Shown here piece after piece: positions 31,962-32,000 of a DNA stretch of 32,000 nt (positions within the stretch are counted from its first letter, which is position 1; each line of letters starts with the position of its first letter). Location: NCBI RefSeq assembly GCF_000698785.1, contig NZ_CP007536.1, forward strand, positions 1,440,001 through 1,472,000, given 5' to 3'. This DNA comes from Nitrososphaera viennensis EN76. Its GTDB lineage: Archaea; Thermoproteota; Nitrososphaeria; Nitrososphaerales; Nitrososphaeraceae. The translations under genes and the position numbers were made by a program. The notes under the pieces are model-generated. The model was given only the letters and a program-made list of their open reading frames with translations, did no database searches and was not told the origin of the DNA.

Positions 31962-32000
31962 TTCGCTTACTTTACTTCAAGCGAGTTGAGGACGTCCTCG

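Noticed and set aside
31967-32000. Eleven codons ending …EDVLNSLEVK* on the minus strand at the right edge (the 3' end of another gene?).
   Set aside because: Too short to support a feature call.

Overview
The window reads as compact archaeal chromosome. It most resembles an ammonia-oxidising thaumarchaeon of the Nitrososphaera type. That placement is inference, based on a 4-hydroxybutyryl-CoA dehydratase, a full-length archaeal ThrRS with an N-terminal editing domain, a family-B DNA polymerase, a TFE-beta/RPC34-like factor, and A/T-rich TATA-like boxes about 25-32 nt upstream of many start codons, several of them GTG or TTG. Most of the window is housekeeping: lhgO-like oxidoreductase, polB, arginase-family ureohydrolase, thrS, purA, pyrF, a NUDIX hydrolase, a DUF373 membrane protein, rlmE, a VOC protein, 4HBD, apt and mtnP. 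Three accessory patches interrupt this background. (1) A visibly A/T-richer mini-island at about 5.44-6.40 kb carries a RelE/ParE-like toxin gene. Its stop codon interlocks with that of a convergent wHTH gene, which has palindromes in its promoter. (2) An A/T-richer island at about 8.55-12.74 kb holds decayed ORF remnants and three exported or membrane-anchored proteins. One of them contains two perfect in-frame tandem DNA repeats encoding N-glycosylation sequons. (3) A 1,336-bp insertion at 28145..29480 is bounded by a perfect 44-bp terminal inverted repeat and a 6-bp direct duplication (TACTTC). It carries only a TnpB (IS200/IS605 OrfB)-like gene, which is frame-broken. This end architecture is not what canonical IS200/IS605 elements show, and I consider it the most unusual object in the window. 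Other points of note: two homopolymer-associated frame breaks (an alpha/beta hydrolase cut off from its catalytic-His segment, and a zinc-ribbon gene), a membrane-anchored PD-(D/E)XK-like protein, and several convincing small ORFs below the 60-aa ORF-track cutoff (zinc ribbons, a 28-aa poly-acidic microprotein, a 58-aa acidic-tail protein). No rRNA, tRNA or CRISPR array was found. All family calls come from motif recognition by eye; no database search was run.
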